From Pseudogymnoascus verrucosus (taxonomy: Eukaryota): DNA of 64,000 bases. Below are positions 50,906 to 62,617 of this stretch, piece after piece (the stretch's first letter is position 1; every line of letters begins with the position of its first letter). The notes beneath the pieces were generated by a model. The model was not told the DNA's origin. It searched no databases and worked only from the letters and a program-made list of their open reading frames with translations. The stretch lies in NCBI GenBank assembly GCA_001662655.1, contig KV460207.1, one strand, 5' to 3'. A program made the translations under genes and the position numbers.

Positions 50906-52357
50906 TCACGCACCCCTCACCGCCTCAGCACCTCTCCAATCCCTACTCTCCACCCCGGGCAACACACACGACGGCGGATGCCCAATCTTACTCTTCTTAC
51001 TAACACTAACCGCGCTATCCGTCGATCCAAAACTCGACGTCCTCGTGATCCCCGTAGCAGTCCTCTTCAACCTCGTCGCGGGCGGCGACCACGCCCTGAG
51101 TAAGTCTCCCGCTGAAGACCGATCCTCGGCTTTGAGGTCATCAATGACGCTATCGATCGCCTCTTCGTTGTCGCGCGCTGAGGCCCCGTCGAGGAAAGGG
51201 TCGAATGCCCAGCACGCTTCGAGTCCGGGCATGAAGACAGGGGAGGAAGCGAGTTCGGACCAGGAGAAGTAGTCGTCGCACATCCCGATGTAGAGATCGA
51301 GGATATGTCCGTTGTGATCTAGCGTCGCGCAGTGCGCGGTCAGGAAGTCCATGTCGTAGAGACTGCTATCGATCAGGTTTGGGGGGAGCTGGCGGAGCAT
51401 GGGGAGTCCCGTGACGTGCTCGGCGTCGCAGATCTTGGCCACTAAGGGCATCCATGGACGTCCCTTGAGGAGGCTCGCGAATTCGTTGGAGGTAGCTGTG
51501 ACGAATGATGAGCTGTCCTGGCCGGGGATGGCGACGACGCGGTGGAGACCACGTGATTGGACACGTTTATACGCCATAGTGTCTTTCTCGAACGGGAAGG
51601 GTTGAGAAGCCGTAGGCATGAGGGAGATATGCACCGACCAGGCCTTCGCACGATTAGAGCGCCCGGAGTGAGAAGAGCGTTGAGAGGAGCGCGAGCGGCG
51701 GGAGTGTGGTTGCCGAGGAGGAGTCATGGAGGGGCGCCGCGAGATGGTATTCTCGATGCGGCGGGGGTGGGAGGAGAGACCGTCTACGCGGTCCTCGAGG
51801 ATCATGGATGCGTCGTCCAGATCGATGATGCGGCTTTGGACGGTGCGGATGTCGTCCTGGGTTGCGTGGGTGGTGTCCATGAGTGCGTCTATGCAGTCGT
51901 CGTGGTAGCGGGTTCGTCGATCCAGAGCGCCGAAGTGCCTCCATAACCCCTCGATCCCGCGATACACATTCCTAATCTCTAAGTCGGCGTTGAAGCGGCC
52001 ATTTTCGTTGTGTTCTTCCAGGGCGCTCACGCGGACGGTCAGGTGGTTTTTAGCTTCCCTCTCCCTCTCGAGGAGTTTCTCTAACAGCACGATCCGCGCC
52101 CTCATCGTCTCGACCTCCTCCTTGTCTGCTAGGGTCTCCTCGGTTGGGGCGGTGAGGTGGTAGACGGCGAGGTGGCCGCAGTTGCATGAGCTGCCGGGGG
52201 TGCATTTGTTCAGCGAGAAGCCGACGCAGGCGCAACGCTGGCCGCGGACCTCGGGGTGGAGGAGGAGGTAGCGGCACTGCCCTTGGGGGAGGGGAGATTC
52301 ATCGTCGCGGCTGGTGGTGGACTGGGGCCGGTGGAGGGGACTGGCCGGGTGGGACAT
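50906..52357 (-). CDS. Uncharacterised 483-aa fungal protein: N-terminal Cys/His cluster, coiled coil, C-terminal globular domain
   Basis: Single ORF with coding-like codon usage. C..CAC..C..CNCGHLAVYH, a heptad-rich middle region, and WSVHISLMP..PFPFEKDT.AYKR..SRGLH. Confidence 0.85.
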   Translation of the reverse strand: MSHPASPLHRPQSTTSRDDESPLPQGQCRYLLLHPEVRGQRCACVGFSLNKCTPGSSCNCGHLAVYHLTAPTEETLADKEEVETMRARIVLLEKLLEREREAKNHLTVRVSALEEHNENGRFNADLEIRNVYRGIEGLWRHFGALDRRTRYHDDCIDALMDTTHATQDDIRTVQSRIIDLDDASMILEDRVDGLSSHPRRIENTISRRPSMTPPRQPHSRRSRSSQRSSHSGRSNRAKAWSVHISLMPTASQPFPFEKDTMAYKRVQSRGLHRVVAIPGQDSSSFVTATSNEFASLLKGRPWMPLVAKICDAEHVTGLPMLRQLPPNLIDSSLYDMDFLTAHCATLDHNGHILDLYIGMCDDYFSWSELASSPVFMPGLEACWAFDPFLDGASARDNEEAIDSVIDDLKAEDRSSAGDLLRAWSPPATRLKRTATGITRTSSFGSTDSAVSVSKKSKIGHPPSCVLPGVESRDWRGAEAVRGA

Positions 52358-55300
52358 TATGATTCGTGGAAGAGTTGCTTCGACAAACCGATTCTATGGC
52401 TCCAGAGCCCGAGTTGATGGTCCATATGGTAGATAAACAGCGCCGGCGGTGGAGGTGATAATAGAGTTTGGTATTCTTCTGGCGGCGAGAGTAGTAGTCC
52501 TTTGGTATGTCTCTAGCAGCAGGCTGGGGAACGGGACGTATGTATGGTGTGCTGCTCAAAATGGAAAAGTCCGTCCGTATCTTTGAGGGCGGACGTGCCG
52601 AAAGATAAGGGAGAGATATCAGATACGGTGGGCGTACAATGATAACCAGGACCACTGGTGAAAGCCACGAGTTGCAGAGTTCGACGAAGCTAGTCCGGGT
52701 GACAGGGCATACACACCAACATATATAGATATTCTCTGGTGGCGGGAGATCTGTATATATATGTATGCGTATGTGAGTTAGTGGAGGTTGGTGGTGGAGT
52801 GGTTGTGGAGTTTGTGGAGTTTGTGTAAAGCGGGATATCAGGGCGGACCGTCTATTAAGGTATAAAACGCTCGGGAATAGACGGCGGGACGAATGGGTAG
52901 TGTACAGAGAAGTGCGTCGCGGCCAGCCGGGGCGAAGTGGGCCACAAGGATTGAAGGGATGGGGTGAGAGAGGAGGACGAAGGGGCGAGAGGGAATGGAT
53001 GAGGGCACGAGGCGGTAAGGAGGAGCGAGAGACGGCGATGAGGCCAACATGAGACGGGGGGGTGGTGAGGAGGGACGAGGGAAGAAAAGGACTGACAGTG
53101 AGGGCGGAGGGGGGAAAAAAAGAGTGTATACTGTACACGGTGGACAAACCCAGTTCACTACTGTCTTTTGCGGATTTTTAGTTGGGAGGGGGGGGGGGTG
53201 TGGTGGTGGGGAGTAGTAGATGGGGGAGGGATGGGGGGAGGATGGGAGAGGATTTGGGGGTGTAAAGTGGAAAAATGGGTCAAATTGGTAAATGAAGCGT
53301 GGGGTGAGAGGATAAATTTTGAATGGCGTGAGTGACAGGGTGGGTTGGGTGCTTTTTGTGCTTTGGAGATTTCGGTTGCACGGTCGGGGGTATAAGTGGG
53401 CAGGGGTATGTTGGTGGGAGACGGTTGGAGAGGGTGGGATCTGGTGGTAGATGATGGGATTTGGGTGTGCTGGGCGAGGAAAAACGTGGGAGGATCGAGT
53501 GGGATCTGGTGTGGGCGTGGGAATAAAGGAAAAGGGGTGGGAGTGGAGTAATTGTTGTTAGGATGACGGACTGATTGAATACCTGACACAAGTACCGGTT
53601 GGCGTTGGAAGTACCCATAGCATACGAATTTGGTGGTTAAGATACATGGGGGTTGGACGTCACTCTAGTCACTCTATTACGATGTGGCCAATCGGCCAAT
53701 CACGGCAACCACCGCTGTCGGCCGCTCAGGAATTTATTTTACATAGTGCTACAGTACAGTACCGATATAGAGTACGTACCAGTAATACAGTACTCTGCAG
53801 AAATGGTGGATGGATGGATGGGAGGGAGGGGAGGGGGATGGGGGATGGGAGGGAGGATGGGGGCCCGAGGGACGGGGTGACGGGGGGGAGAGGGGAGAGG
53901 GGATGGGGGAGAGGGACGAGAGGAGAGGAGAGGGGACCAGCCAGGGCGCGTGGGGCACAGGAACGGTCAGGGACGGTCCGAGATGGTCAGTTTACGGTCA
54001 TTTTCAGGCCGTGTAGATGTGTCTCGCTTTTTACTATAGTATGGCAATAGTAGCACTTTTAGCACTGTTGACTGCAATCAGGCGCGGGATGAGAGAGGGA
54101 AAAATGGATACTTGGGCACTGTAACAAATTTGATCATGAATTCTCTGTACAGGGGGTACCGTGGTGCTGCCGTGGTGGTGGACGGACTCTGCCTCGTGTC
54201 TCCCTGGCTCAGCACAGGACAAGCAATGCTCATAGTACTGTATGTACAGCCCAACATTTCACTACCGGATGAAAATCCCCGACGCGACGACGTGGGTTGG
54301 TTTGAGGCAGTGGTGGTGGGTGTGCGCTCAGTCCTTCCGGTATGGGTTGGTATGTGTCGTTGTTTCCGGTATGCGATGCGCAGTCCCTTTTCTGTTATAC
54401 CCGCACGCACAGAAACAGCAGGCAGAGACAACTTTGCACTGACTGACTTGACTGACTGACTACCTGCACGCACTGCACCTTTATACCTGCATCCATGACG
54501 AGATAAGGCGACGCCATTACCCCATCGCACGCACATGTGTTCCACCCACCCCCACTGTGCGGTAAAACAGCAGAAGAGTAAAACAACACACTCAAATACT
54601 TTTTTGCTTGGTAAATACTTACATACAGACTACTTCCATACTTACACCCTCATACCCTCACTCACTCACTCTACATCATGCCACGCCCGGAGTCGTGTAC
54701 TCCGCGGGGTACACCGAACACCCAACTCACTCACTCACCGTCACTCTCGCCCTCACCATCACCATCGCCCTCACGCAATTCCCATAATTAACGGCCAAAA
54801 AATCAACGACCGACAAGAAACAGACACCAAGGTACAAAACCCACAGCATCATCTGCAGCCTCTCTCTCCTCCAGTCCCTACCTACATGCTGTACACACTC
54901 TACCATCCCCCCTCCCCTCCCCTACCCCCAACAACCACCCACCCACCCTTGTCCACAAAAAACTGCAATGGTGGGGTTATTACACCAAAATTCCATCGCG
55001 ATTTATTATCTCCAACCAACCCCCATCCGCCATCTCCCCCCCTCATCCCTCCCACCCACACACACACTCCATCCCACCCCCAAAAAAAGGTACAACAACA
55101 GTGACCTTCCCCGTCCAAATAGCCCCACGGGACGACCCGGCCGGTTGTGCCGTTTGAACATCATATCATCCAGCCAGAGCCGTTGGCTGTCCTGTCACCG
55201 AGAACTCAATCGAGAGGTGTGCGTTGCTTTGTCAGCCCGGTATTGTGCCATGGGCTCGCTTGCTTCCTTCCCCCTCGCCTTCGAATGGGCTTCGATATAT

Positions 55301-55511
55301 ATAGGCAGAAGTACGGGAGATGTGTCGATCGACTGCGCGCCGTTTTTGGGCGTTTCATGTCGTATCGCATCCACTAGGGGATGAACACGTGATGGGGATC
55401 GTCCTTTCTATTTGTGGGTGCGATAACGTTGTTGTTTTCCTTACGTCGAGCTTGGTCAGGTACCCGTGATCTTGTGGTCATGTGCTATATCACGTGCAAT
55501 ATCTGACAACG

Positions 55512-55842
55512 AACGTCAGTTGTTCGATTCTACCTGAGAGCCTCATTTACATTCTGTTCTGGCATCTACGTTGTTCACTTTGTAGTGCTTTCCTATTGTT
55601 CATATGCCAGGTGAGGAACAACGGTTATGTCGTATTAAAATGTTCAATAGTTCTGTTCAAACAATGCGCAGTTTCAACCACCAACGTCAGTTGTTCGATT
55701 CCCGCCATCAGAGCCTCATTTCCGTCCAGCTCTGGCATCTACGTTGTTCACTTTGTGGTATGTTCCTATTATTCATATGCCAAATGAGGAACAACAGTTA
55801 TGCCGTATTAAAATATCCATTGATTCTATTCGAACAATGCGC
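55512..55842. repeat. Diverged direct tandem duplication, period 171 bp
   Basis: Both copies begin aacgtcagttgttcgattc (55512, 55683). They share tctggcatctacgttgttcactttgt, tgaggaacaac, cgtattaaaat and aacaatgcgc. Confidence 0.9.
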
Positions 55843-56417
55843 GTGCTTCCTATTGATGTCCAGCTTCCCCCATTAGCGGGCCTGCCGAAGCCCATTGACA
55901 TCAAGTTTCGCCTGCTAATTAGCTGTCACAAGACCAGTTAACCCCCAGCCACCCCACTAAGCGCGAACTCCCATTGTCCAATTCCATTGTCCCGGCTTGT
56001 TAGCCGCGCGTGAGTGGCTAGCCGCCATTATCACAATGGAAATTATCAAAAGCGTCAAGACCCACGACGACTCACAATGTTGGAAACGGGGCACACAATA
56101 CGCTATTGTAAGTGATGAGTGAACTCTATACTCGACCTCGAGTCTCTGAGGTAGGTTTTCTTCTTCTTTTCCCTTTTCCTGCTTCCTTTCGGCTTTCAAG
56201 ATACCAATTTTCCGATATTCGATCGATTTTTTCAAACTTTCAAACTTCGGACTCTGTCAATTGATAACTTACTTTCTGATCCTCATTCTCAAATTTCTCC
56301 TGTCCCAATCGCCCTTCACATACCTTTCTCATTTCGGTTCTTCTCCTCTCTCGACCAACCGTCACCCCCTGTTCTTCCCAATTTTCCCCTGAATTTCCCA
56401 ACTTTCGCCTCGCCAAG

Positions 56418-58207
56418 ATGTCCAAAAGACCAGCTGCACCGGTCGTGGACCAAAAGAAAGTTGTGGTCATCGAGTATGACAAACTGGAGGGGACGTACCT
56501 GGAGCTCGGCTTCTGGGACGACGACATCGGCGCCGAGAAGTACGCCGAGCTGTGAGTCTACCCCAATCAGGGGTAATATGAGTCCTTCTAACAATCCCCA
56601 GCCTCCACAAGGGCCGAATCCGCGAGGAAGCCATCGTGGACTTCGATGGCAACCTCCTGCGCATCCATGGCCAACCCAACACCGCCATCGCCCTGAAGAA
56701 CGAGACGTACGAACCCCCCTACCAGTGATCATCTGACTCACCTACTGACCTGGCCCCCCACAGCATCTTCCGGTGCCTCTGCACCCCCGACCTCCAGAAC
56801 TGCCGCGCCTGCTTCATGCGCAAGCGCACCATCTACGCCGAAGGCCGTGCCCAGCTTGCGCGTCTCGAGCGCCGCTCCGCCAAAGCTGCGGCCCGGCACT
56901 ACAAAGCCAAGGCCGGCGTTCTGGAAGCCGAGGTCGCCGTTCTTACCTCCTCTCTCGGAGAGCGCGACACCGAGGTCGCGACTCTCAAATCCTCGCTCGC
57001 AGAGCGCGATGCCGAGCTCGACGCCGCCAAAGCCCAAGTCCTCGCCCTGAAGGACTTCATTGCCAACCGGTTCACCGATGCGGTCCAGTCTCTCGGAGCT
57101 GCCCATCCCGTGGCCGAGTTCCAACAGGCTGCGGACGCGTTCGAGAAGGAAGGCGGCAACATGGGTCGAAGCGCGCTGGCCGGTGCTTTCGGGCTTCCGG
57201 CAGAGCGTGCTCCCACGTCCGACACTGGCGTTGCTGGTGGTGGAGTGCTGTCTGGGTCTCCAGGCAGCGGTGGGGATATCACCGATTCGGACGATGAGGA
57301 TGTCCACGACGGCCTTGCTCGCAAGCGTCGTCGGATTTCCTCTGCCGGTCCGTCTCGGCCCCCCACCTCCACTGCCGGCAACAACAGTCGTCGTCGCCCC
57401 TCCTCATCCCTCGGTGCTCGTCGCAAACACTCCGTTCCTTCTTCTTCTCTCCCAGCGCTCGCGGTACCCGCTAGCTCGGGACCCGAGCAGCCCCCCATCC
57501 GCCGACGCAAGCTTCCAGCCACCGCTGCTTCTGCCCACGCGGTTTCCGCTAGCTCGGTTCCCGAGGCGCAGAAGCCGGCTGGTCGCTCGTCGTGGAACTC
57601 AAGGAGCGCGCAGCTCGATTTCGATGACGCTGTGGTGCCGATGGCGTCGATTGCGGCGGCCGTAGCGGAGGAGAATGCCGTCCTTGCTGCTTCTGGTTCA
57701 GGGAAGCGCAGGGCGGATTCGACTCTCGCTGACAATGAGGTCGGGCTTGAGGACTCTCAGGAGCTCAGGTCCGCCTCCCCCGCTGCAGACACCGACAATG
57801 ACTCCGACGCCGACGTCGATACCGATTCCGACAGCGACACCATCTCCGGCTCCGGCTCCGGCTCCGATTCCGACGGTGCCGCTGCCGCTGCTGCCCCCGC
57901 ACCCGCACCAGCACCCGCCGCCAGACGCTCGACCTCCTGGTCCGAACACGAGAAGAACTGCCTGATCGCAGTGATGTTCGCGCACGCCGACGCGGTCAAA
58001 GCGGGCCGTCATCCCGCGGTCTATGATACCGCGCTCTGGGCTGTCGTCCGGAGGCGGTTGATGGCCGAGTACGGGATCGATCGGGTACCGCAGGCGTGCC
58101 GGATGATGTGGAATCGTGGGCTTCGGGAGCTGACGGGGCTGGATGAGAGGTTGAGACGGGATCCGAATAGGATGGCGACGAGTTTGCAGAAGAAGGCTGG
58201 GCAGTGA
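56418..58207 (+). CDS. Orphan-like nuclear protein with a CxC-x6-CxxC motif, coiled coil and C-terminal Myb/SANT-like domain; 3 exons (56418-56551, 56602-56706, 56764-58207)
   Basis: GTGAGT..CTAAC..CAG and GTACGA..CTGAC..CAG introns splice in frame into ORF 56816..58207. RKRRR NLS-like segment; C-terminal WSEHEKNCL...LW...RVPQACRMMWNR. Confidence 0.75.
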
Positions 58208-58649
58208 TGGGGGGTGGTGGTGGTGGGGTTGATGGGTTGCTGAGTCTGGATTTGTTTTTTGTTGTTTTGTGATTTTTTGTGGTTTTGTGGTGGTGGTGTT
58301 TCTGTGGTTTGGTGCTTGGTCCTTCGTGCTTGGCGCTTGGTTTTCCTGTTTTTGTGGATGGTGGCCGTTCTTGCGTTTTGTCTCGTGGTTTTTTTCTTTT
58401 GTTTTTTGCTTTTATGACAAGTGCTGTCTTTGCATCTGCGAGTGATTTTTTTATGCGATAATTGTATCCAGACTCAGCTTGTTTTGCGCTTTCGTTTTTA
58501 TGAATTGAAATTATATCCCTGATTTGATTTCCACAAAATGTAACCTTCTTACATGCCCCACTTCCCGTCCAGGCCAACGACATCGATAATTGACATGTAA
58601 CTGACAGGACCCTGGATTGCTCGGAATATTCGTATTTCATCAAATAAAA

Positions 58650-59672
58650 ATGTTGCGGCTGATTTTCACAAGGCCTTTAACGAGACAACTGGCCGGGAGT
58701 TTGAGGTGCTTTCGCCCCGTCCGAATCACTTCATCGCCTGGGATAGTCCCTCGCACTCCCCCGAGGCGATCTTTAGGCTTCACCAGGAACTCCTCGACTG
58801 GCAGATCCCACAATGCCACCGAGTTAGATAAAAAGGATTTCCGCGCTAAGAGTGGATACCCATGCTCGTATATCAACTCGAATTGCTCATACCCCTGCTC
58901 TTATTGGGGGTTCGTCATCATCCGCACTACATATACGCCAGAGTCCGATCTCCAATGGCCCGTCGCGATGGCAAAATTATCCGACTGGCTAAGGTTGGAG
59001 ATGAAGGAGAAGTCCGATGCTTCCGCCGAGGATCAAGAGCACGTCGTTGGAAAATTTAGGAACCTGATAGCGGAGGAAAAGGCCAAGTATGACGGGATGC
59101 CGATGAACGATGCGGTTTTGCGCTTCGAGGATATTCTCAAGGAGCAAATTGATATCGCAATGAAGTACAGCACACAAGAGCATTTTGAGAAAACATGGCT
59201 CTGTCGGATTCCTGAGCTTGTCGAGCAATCTCTCGTTGAGTCTGATCCCGAGGTCAAACGAGATCTCCTCGAAGCATCGTACTGGCATCTCAATCAGTAC
59301 ATATGTCTTGTGATAGATGATGAGGTGTTGAAAGATCTCGTGGAGTTCCCTTGTTTCCTCCCTCAATTCGATTTGGCTGAGGCGCTGAAAGAGATTAGGG
59401 AGCACCCCGATGGTCCTCCGCCTGATGCTAATCAGGCGCATCTCAAAGTTGCCATGCGCCATACAGATTTCGAGTTGGTGTGTTGGAGGGAGGGTTTTAG
59501 TGCTGACGACCCGAACTGGTACACTCAATGGGGTAACTGGGCTAACTGGGCAGTGAGGAATGGCTTGGGGGAGATGCATTGGTCTATTCGAAGTTCTGTC
59601 TTGCATGAAGGCGGCATAGAATTGGAGCTACTAGACGGGAAGCCATATGTCGAAATTTGGGGGCAGGAATAA
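58650..59672 (+). CDS. Hypothetical fungal protein (WGFVIIRTTY-type domain) with a possible mitochondrial presequence
   Basis: ORF of about 340 codons from the ATG at 58650. Arg-rich, acid-free N-terminus (MLRLIFTRPLTRQLAGSLRCFRPVR), then YWGFVIIRTTY...W and CLVIDDEVL. Confidence 0.7.
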   Translation: MLRLIFTRPLTRQLAGSLRCFRPVRITSSPGIVPRTPPRRSLGFTRNSSTGRSHNATELDKKDFRAKSGYPCSYINSNCSYPCSYWGFVIIRTTYTPESDLQWPVAMAKLSDWLRLEMKEKSDASAEDQEHVVGKFRNLIAEEKAKYDGMPMNDAVLRFEDILKEQIDIAMKYSTQEHFEKTWLCRIPELVEQSLVESDPEVKRDLLEASYWHLNQYICLVIDDEVLKDLVEFPCFLPQFDLAEALKEIREHPDGPPPDANQAHLKVAMRHTDFELVCWREGFSADDPNWYTQWGNWANWAVRNGLGEMHWSIRSSVLHEGGIELELLDGKPYVEIWGQE

Positions 59673-61932
59673 TACCTATCTGCTTTGTGTACTGCGCTTG
59701 CTTTTTTTTATATCCAGGTTCAGATGAATTGCACTGGTTTTAATTTTACGAGTAACTACACTTCTCGGCACCGGCCGAGGAATCTCTAATGACGAGACAT
59801 GAAGATTTTCCTATGGAAAATGGCACGAGGGAAGGGGAAAATATTTCGTTCTAGCAGCTGCGAGTCATTCGCGCCTTGTCCTTTGTGCTGTTATAGAGAA
59901 ACGCTACGTTTCACGAACTTGGGATTCAGGCAGAGGGACTACATGTCGATACGGGTTTGCACGCATGCAGATGATATCAATGCAGATGATGAGCGGGAAG
60001 AATAGTATATAAAGAGTGTGCATGGTGCAGTTGGCATCGCCGAACGCAAGTCAAGCCTCTATGGTACGTCGTTGACCCGTCGGCGTTACACTATAGAAGC
60101 TTCAATTTCATTTCTAAATACGCCATTTATAACCTTGAGCTTCACACATCCGGATGCATACCTTGGGAACACTGATACCCCCTCAGGACCTCTTATATCT
60201 CACGTCCGTCTTCATTATATACCGTCTGCCTTGGAGCAAGTTGAGATCCACAGTTGCTGCAGAATCTAGTCCAGATCCTGCCAAAACATTGCATGCTATG
60301 GGGTCGAGCTGCAGCGAGACACTGTATGGTTGAGTTTAGGCAACTATTCCGGATCGATTGATCCTCTCATTGCCGGTTACACCACTGACCATCTGCTATT
60401 ACACATGGGTTTGCTTTTCGATGGGATGTTGACGCTTGCTTCTGTTTCGACAGATAACGTAGATGCCCTTCTGAAGTATTAATACTCTGTAAAAACAAGA
60501 CGAACGCGAGAAATGGAGAAAGGAAAACGTGCCAGACAGAAACTGAGCAGCCACAAGAAACGTCCAATAAAAGACTAGGCGACAGCTGCTCGCCAGCCAC
60601 TACACCCAGAATGTCCAAATTCTTCAACTGTGGCACCAGGGACACGATACCACCGACCCCAGGCCCAGCTCCAGTTAGTCGTGAACCAAGTTGAATTGCA
60701 ATTTCAGGCCCTGACAAGCTATTTATAAACATCAGCATCATGCAAGTATTAAGTGGGAGAAATAATAACGCATACGTTAACAAGCAGCCCAAACGCAACC
60801 ATCCAGCAGACAAAAACTACGAAGTCGAGGGGGACGGCGAAAAAGGAGTATCTTAGAGGTAGCAGCAAAGCTGAGGAGAATAAAATGGTAATTCCCGCTA
60901 TGGAGCTTGCATACACAATGCGGCTATTGTTTCAGACACCAGCTTCATGAATATTATGGAGATAGTTCCCTAGAATGCCGGCCATAATGGCGGCGGAAAC
61001 AAGCTCCATCATCTAAAGATTACGGACACGGCTCGCGATGTGGTACCCATTGTTAATCTTTTAGATATTTGGAGATATTGATTCTTCAATAGTAACGACG
61101 ACTACTTTAGGTTCACGGTCTGACATTATGCAACACTTGTTAAAGTGTTAACAATATATTCACTACGTATGCTTCTTATAAATTATTGGCCCAAAGACAT
61201 AGAATATAATGGGATGTACATAGTACCTACATCATCAGGGAGACCAGAGCGGCCAGACCATAAATACCAAGCCGGATTACCGGAACTGAACCAAGACCAA
61301 GCACGTAGAGTTAGGCAATCGCAAGCCATGGGCTCTTTAATGCGGGCAGCAAAGCGTAGTGTCGTCAGAGGCGGACGGGAATTAGACGATGACGACATAC
61401 GAAACAACAGCAAAATAATACCGTAGAAAACGACGGAGGTTTTATCTCCCTTTGCAGCTTGGCGGTATCAAAATTTAGCCTTACTTCGTACCAACGACGT
61501 GGTCGAAGTTCGGCAAGACTGCAACAGAAAGGGAGTTTAATAAATGAAATGAGATACTAGTGTATATACTACCTTGTGCGCTAACGTAACATTAGTGGAC
61601 GACTAGCTCATCCTTACCACAACCCCACACCCAAGCGAAAGTGCTTATAATGGATAAGCCTAGTTATGACAAGACAATTTGTTAGTAGCAACAGCATCGA
61701 CATCTAAGCCTATCTTTAGTGCCATCCATCGTAAGATCTAAGAGCTGATTCCTTATATTGTTTCAACCCCGCACTTCGACGCGCTTGACTTACGGACCGC
61801 AGTAAACACTTCAACTTGCCTATTCTGCACTGTACCTTTAAAGCCTAAAAAGCGTCCGAGTTATCGAGATCGCTAGTCATTGATCTATGCCAAATTGTCC
61901 ATATTATTGGTCGTCAACGTTTACTCCACACC

Positions 61933-62420
61933 ATGTCTGATCCTATGCCTATAATCCTCTGTGTTAAATCATCTACTATGGCCACGGAATGTATAGACTG
62001 TTTTCAACCCGAGTATGAAGGTATGGTACTTATACCAGATGCCCATCAACTTCATCTGACTTTTTTGATACAGTAATCCACGTCATCTTCTCTGTCGCTG
62101 CTGGAGCACTCGATATACCCACACTTCTTCGAGGTGAAACTCTATCACCTAGTGACCCACATAACCTCGGTACCCGGAATTACTCTAAAACGCCAGTAGC
62201 CGTGATACTCGGAAGGATGTACGATGATGTGGACTTTGCAGAAATGCGAGAGTCTTGTAAGGGAAGAAGCAACGTGCCATGGCTCAGACAGGATTTAAGT
62301 AAACCTGAACCGCCGCTAGGAAATGGGTTTGCAGAGGCAATGGTGGAACGGATGAAAGCCTGCCTAAGCAACTTAGCCGTGAAGGGAATACTTAAACAGG
62401 ATGGAGTCTACTTGTATTAA
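61933..62420 (+). CDS. Small conserved-type fungal hypothetical protein, intron about 62021-62073
   Basis: MSDPMPIILC...QPEYE/VIHVI...GTRNYSKTPVAVILGRMY...VPWLRQD..P.PPLG; GTATGG..CTGAC..CAG intron. Confidence 0.7.
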
Positions 62421-62617
62421 TCAGGGGATCCAGACTACTCAACATTAAAAAAGCTCGCCTTTATACAACTTTTCGATTCAATTTACCACCTCTGGACCAC
62501 CTACCCTTGAGATGGTTTATCTCCTTGATAGGATTGGACCAAATGACTGCCCTCAAAATCCATTTGTTGAGGTATTAACTCCTTTGGACCTTTATTTCCC
62601 TGTTTCTTCAAAATTTC

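Noticed and set aside
52299..53147. 282-aa minus-strand ORF upstream of the 483-aa gene
   Set aside because: No ATG start, low-complexity Pro/Ser/Leu content from pyrimidine skew, and a different frame. Most likely leader or promoter.
55512..55842. CRISPR array or LTR pair
   Set aside because: Eukaryotic context, only two adjacent diverged units, no spacers, no TG..CA ends and no internal retroelement genes.
59700..61900. Short ORFs as genes or a pseudogene
   Set aside because: No recognisable motifs or consistent splice model could be built by eye.
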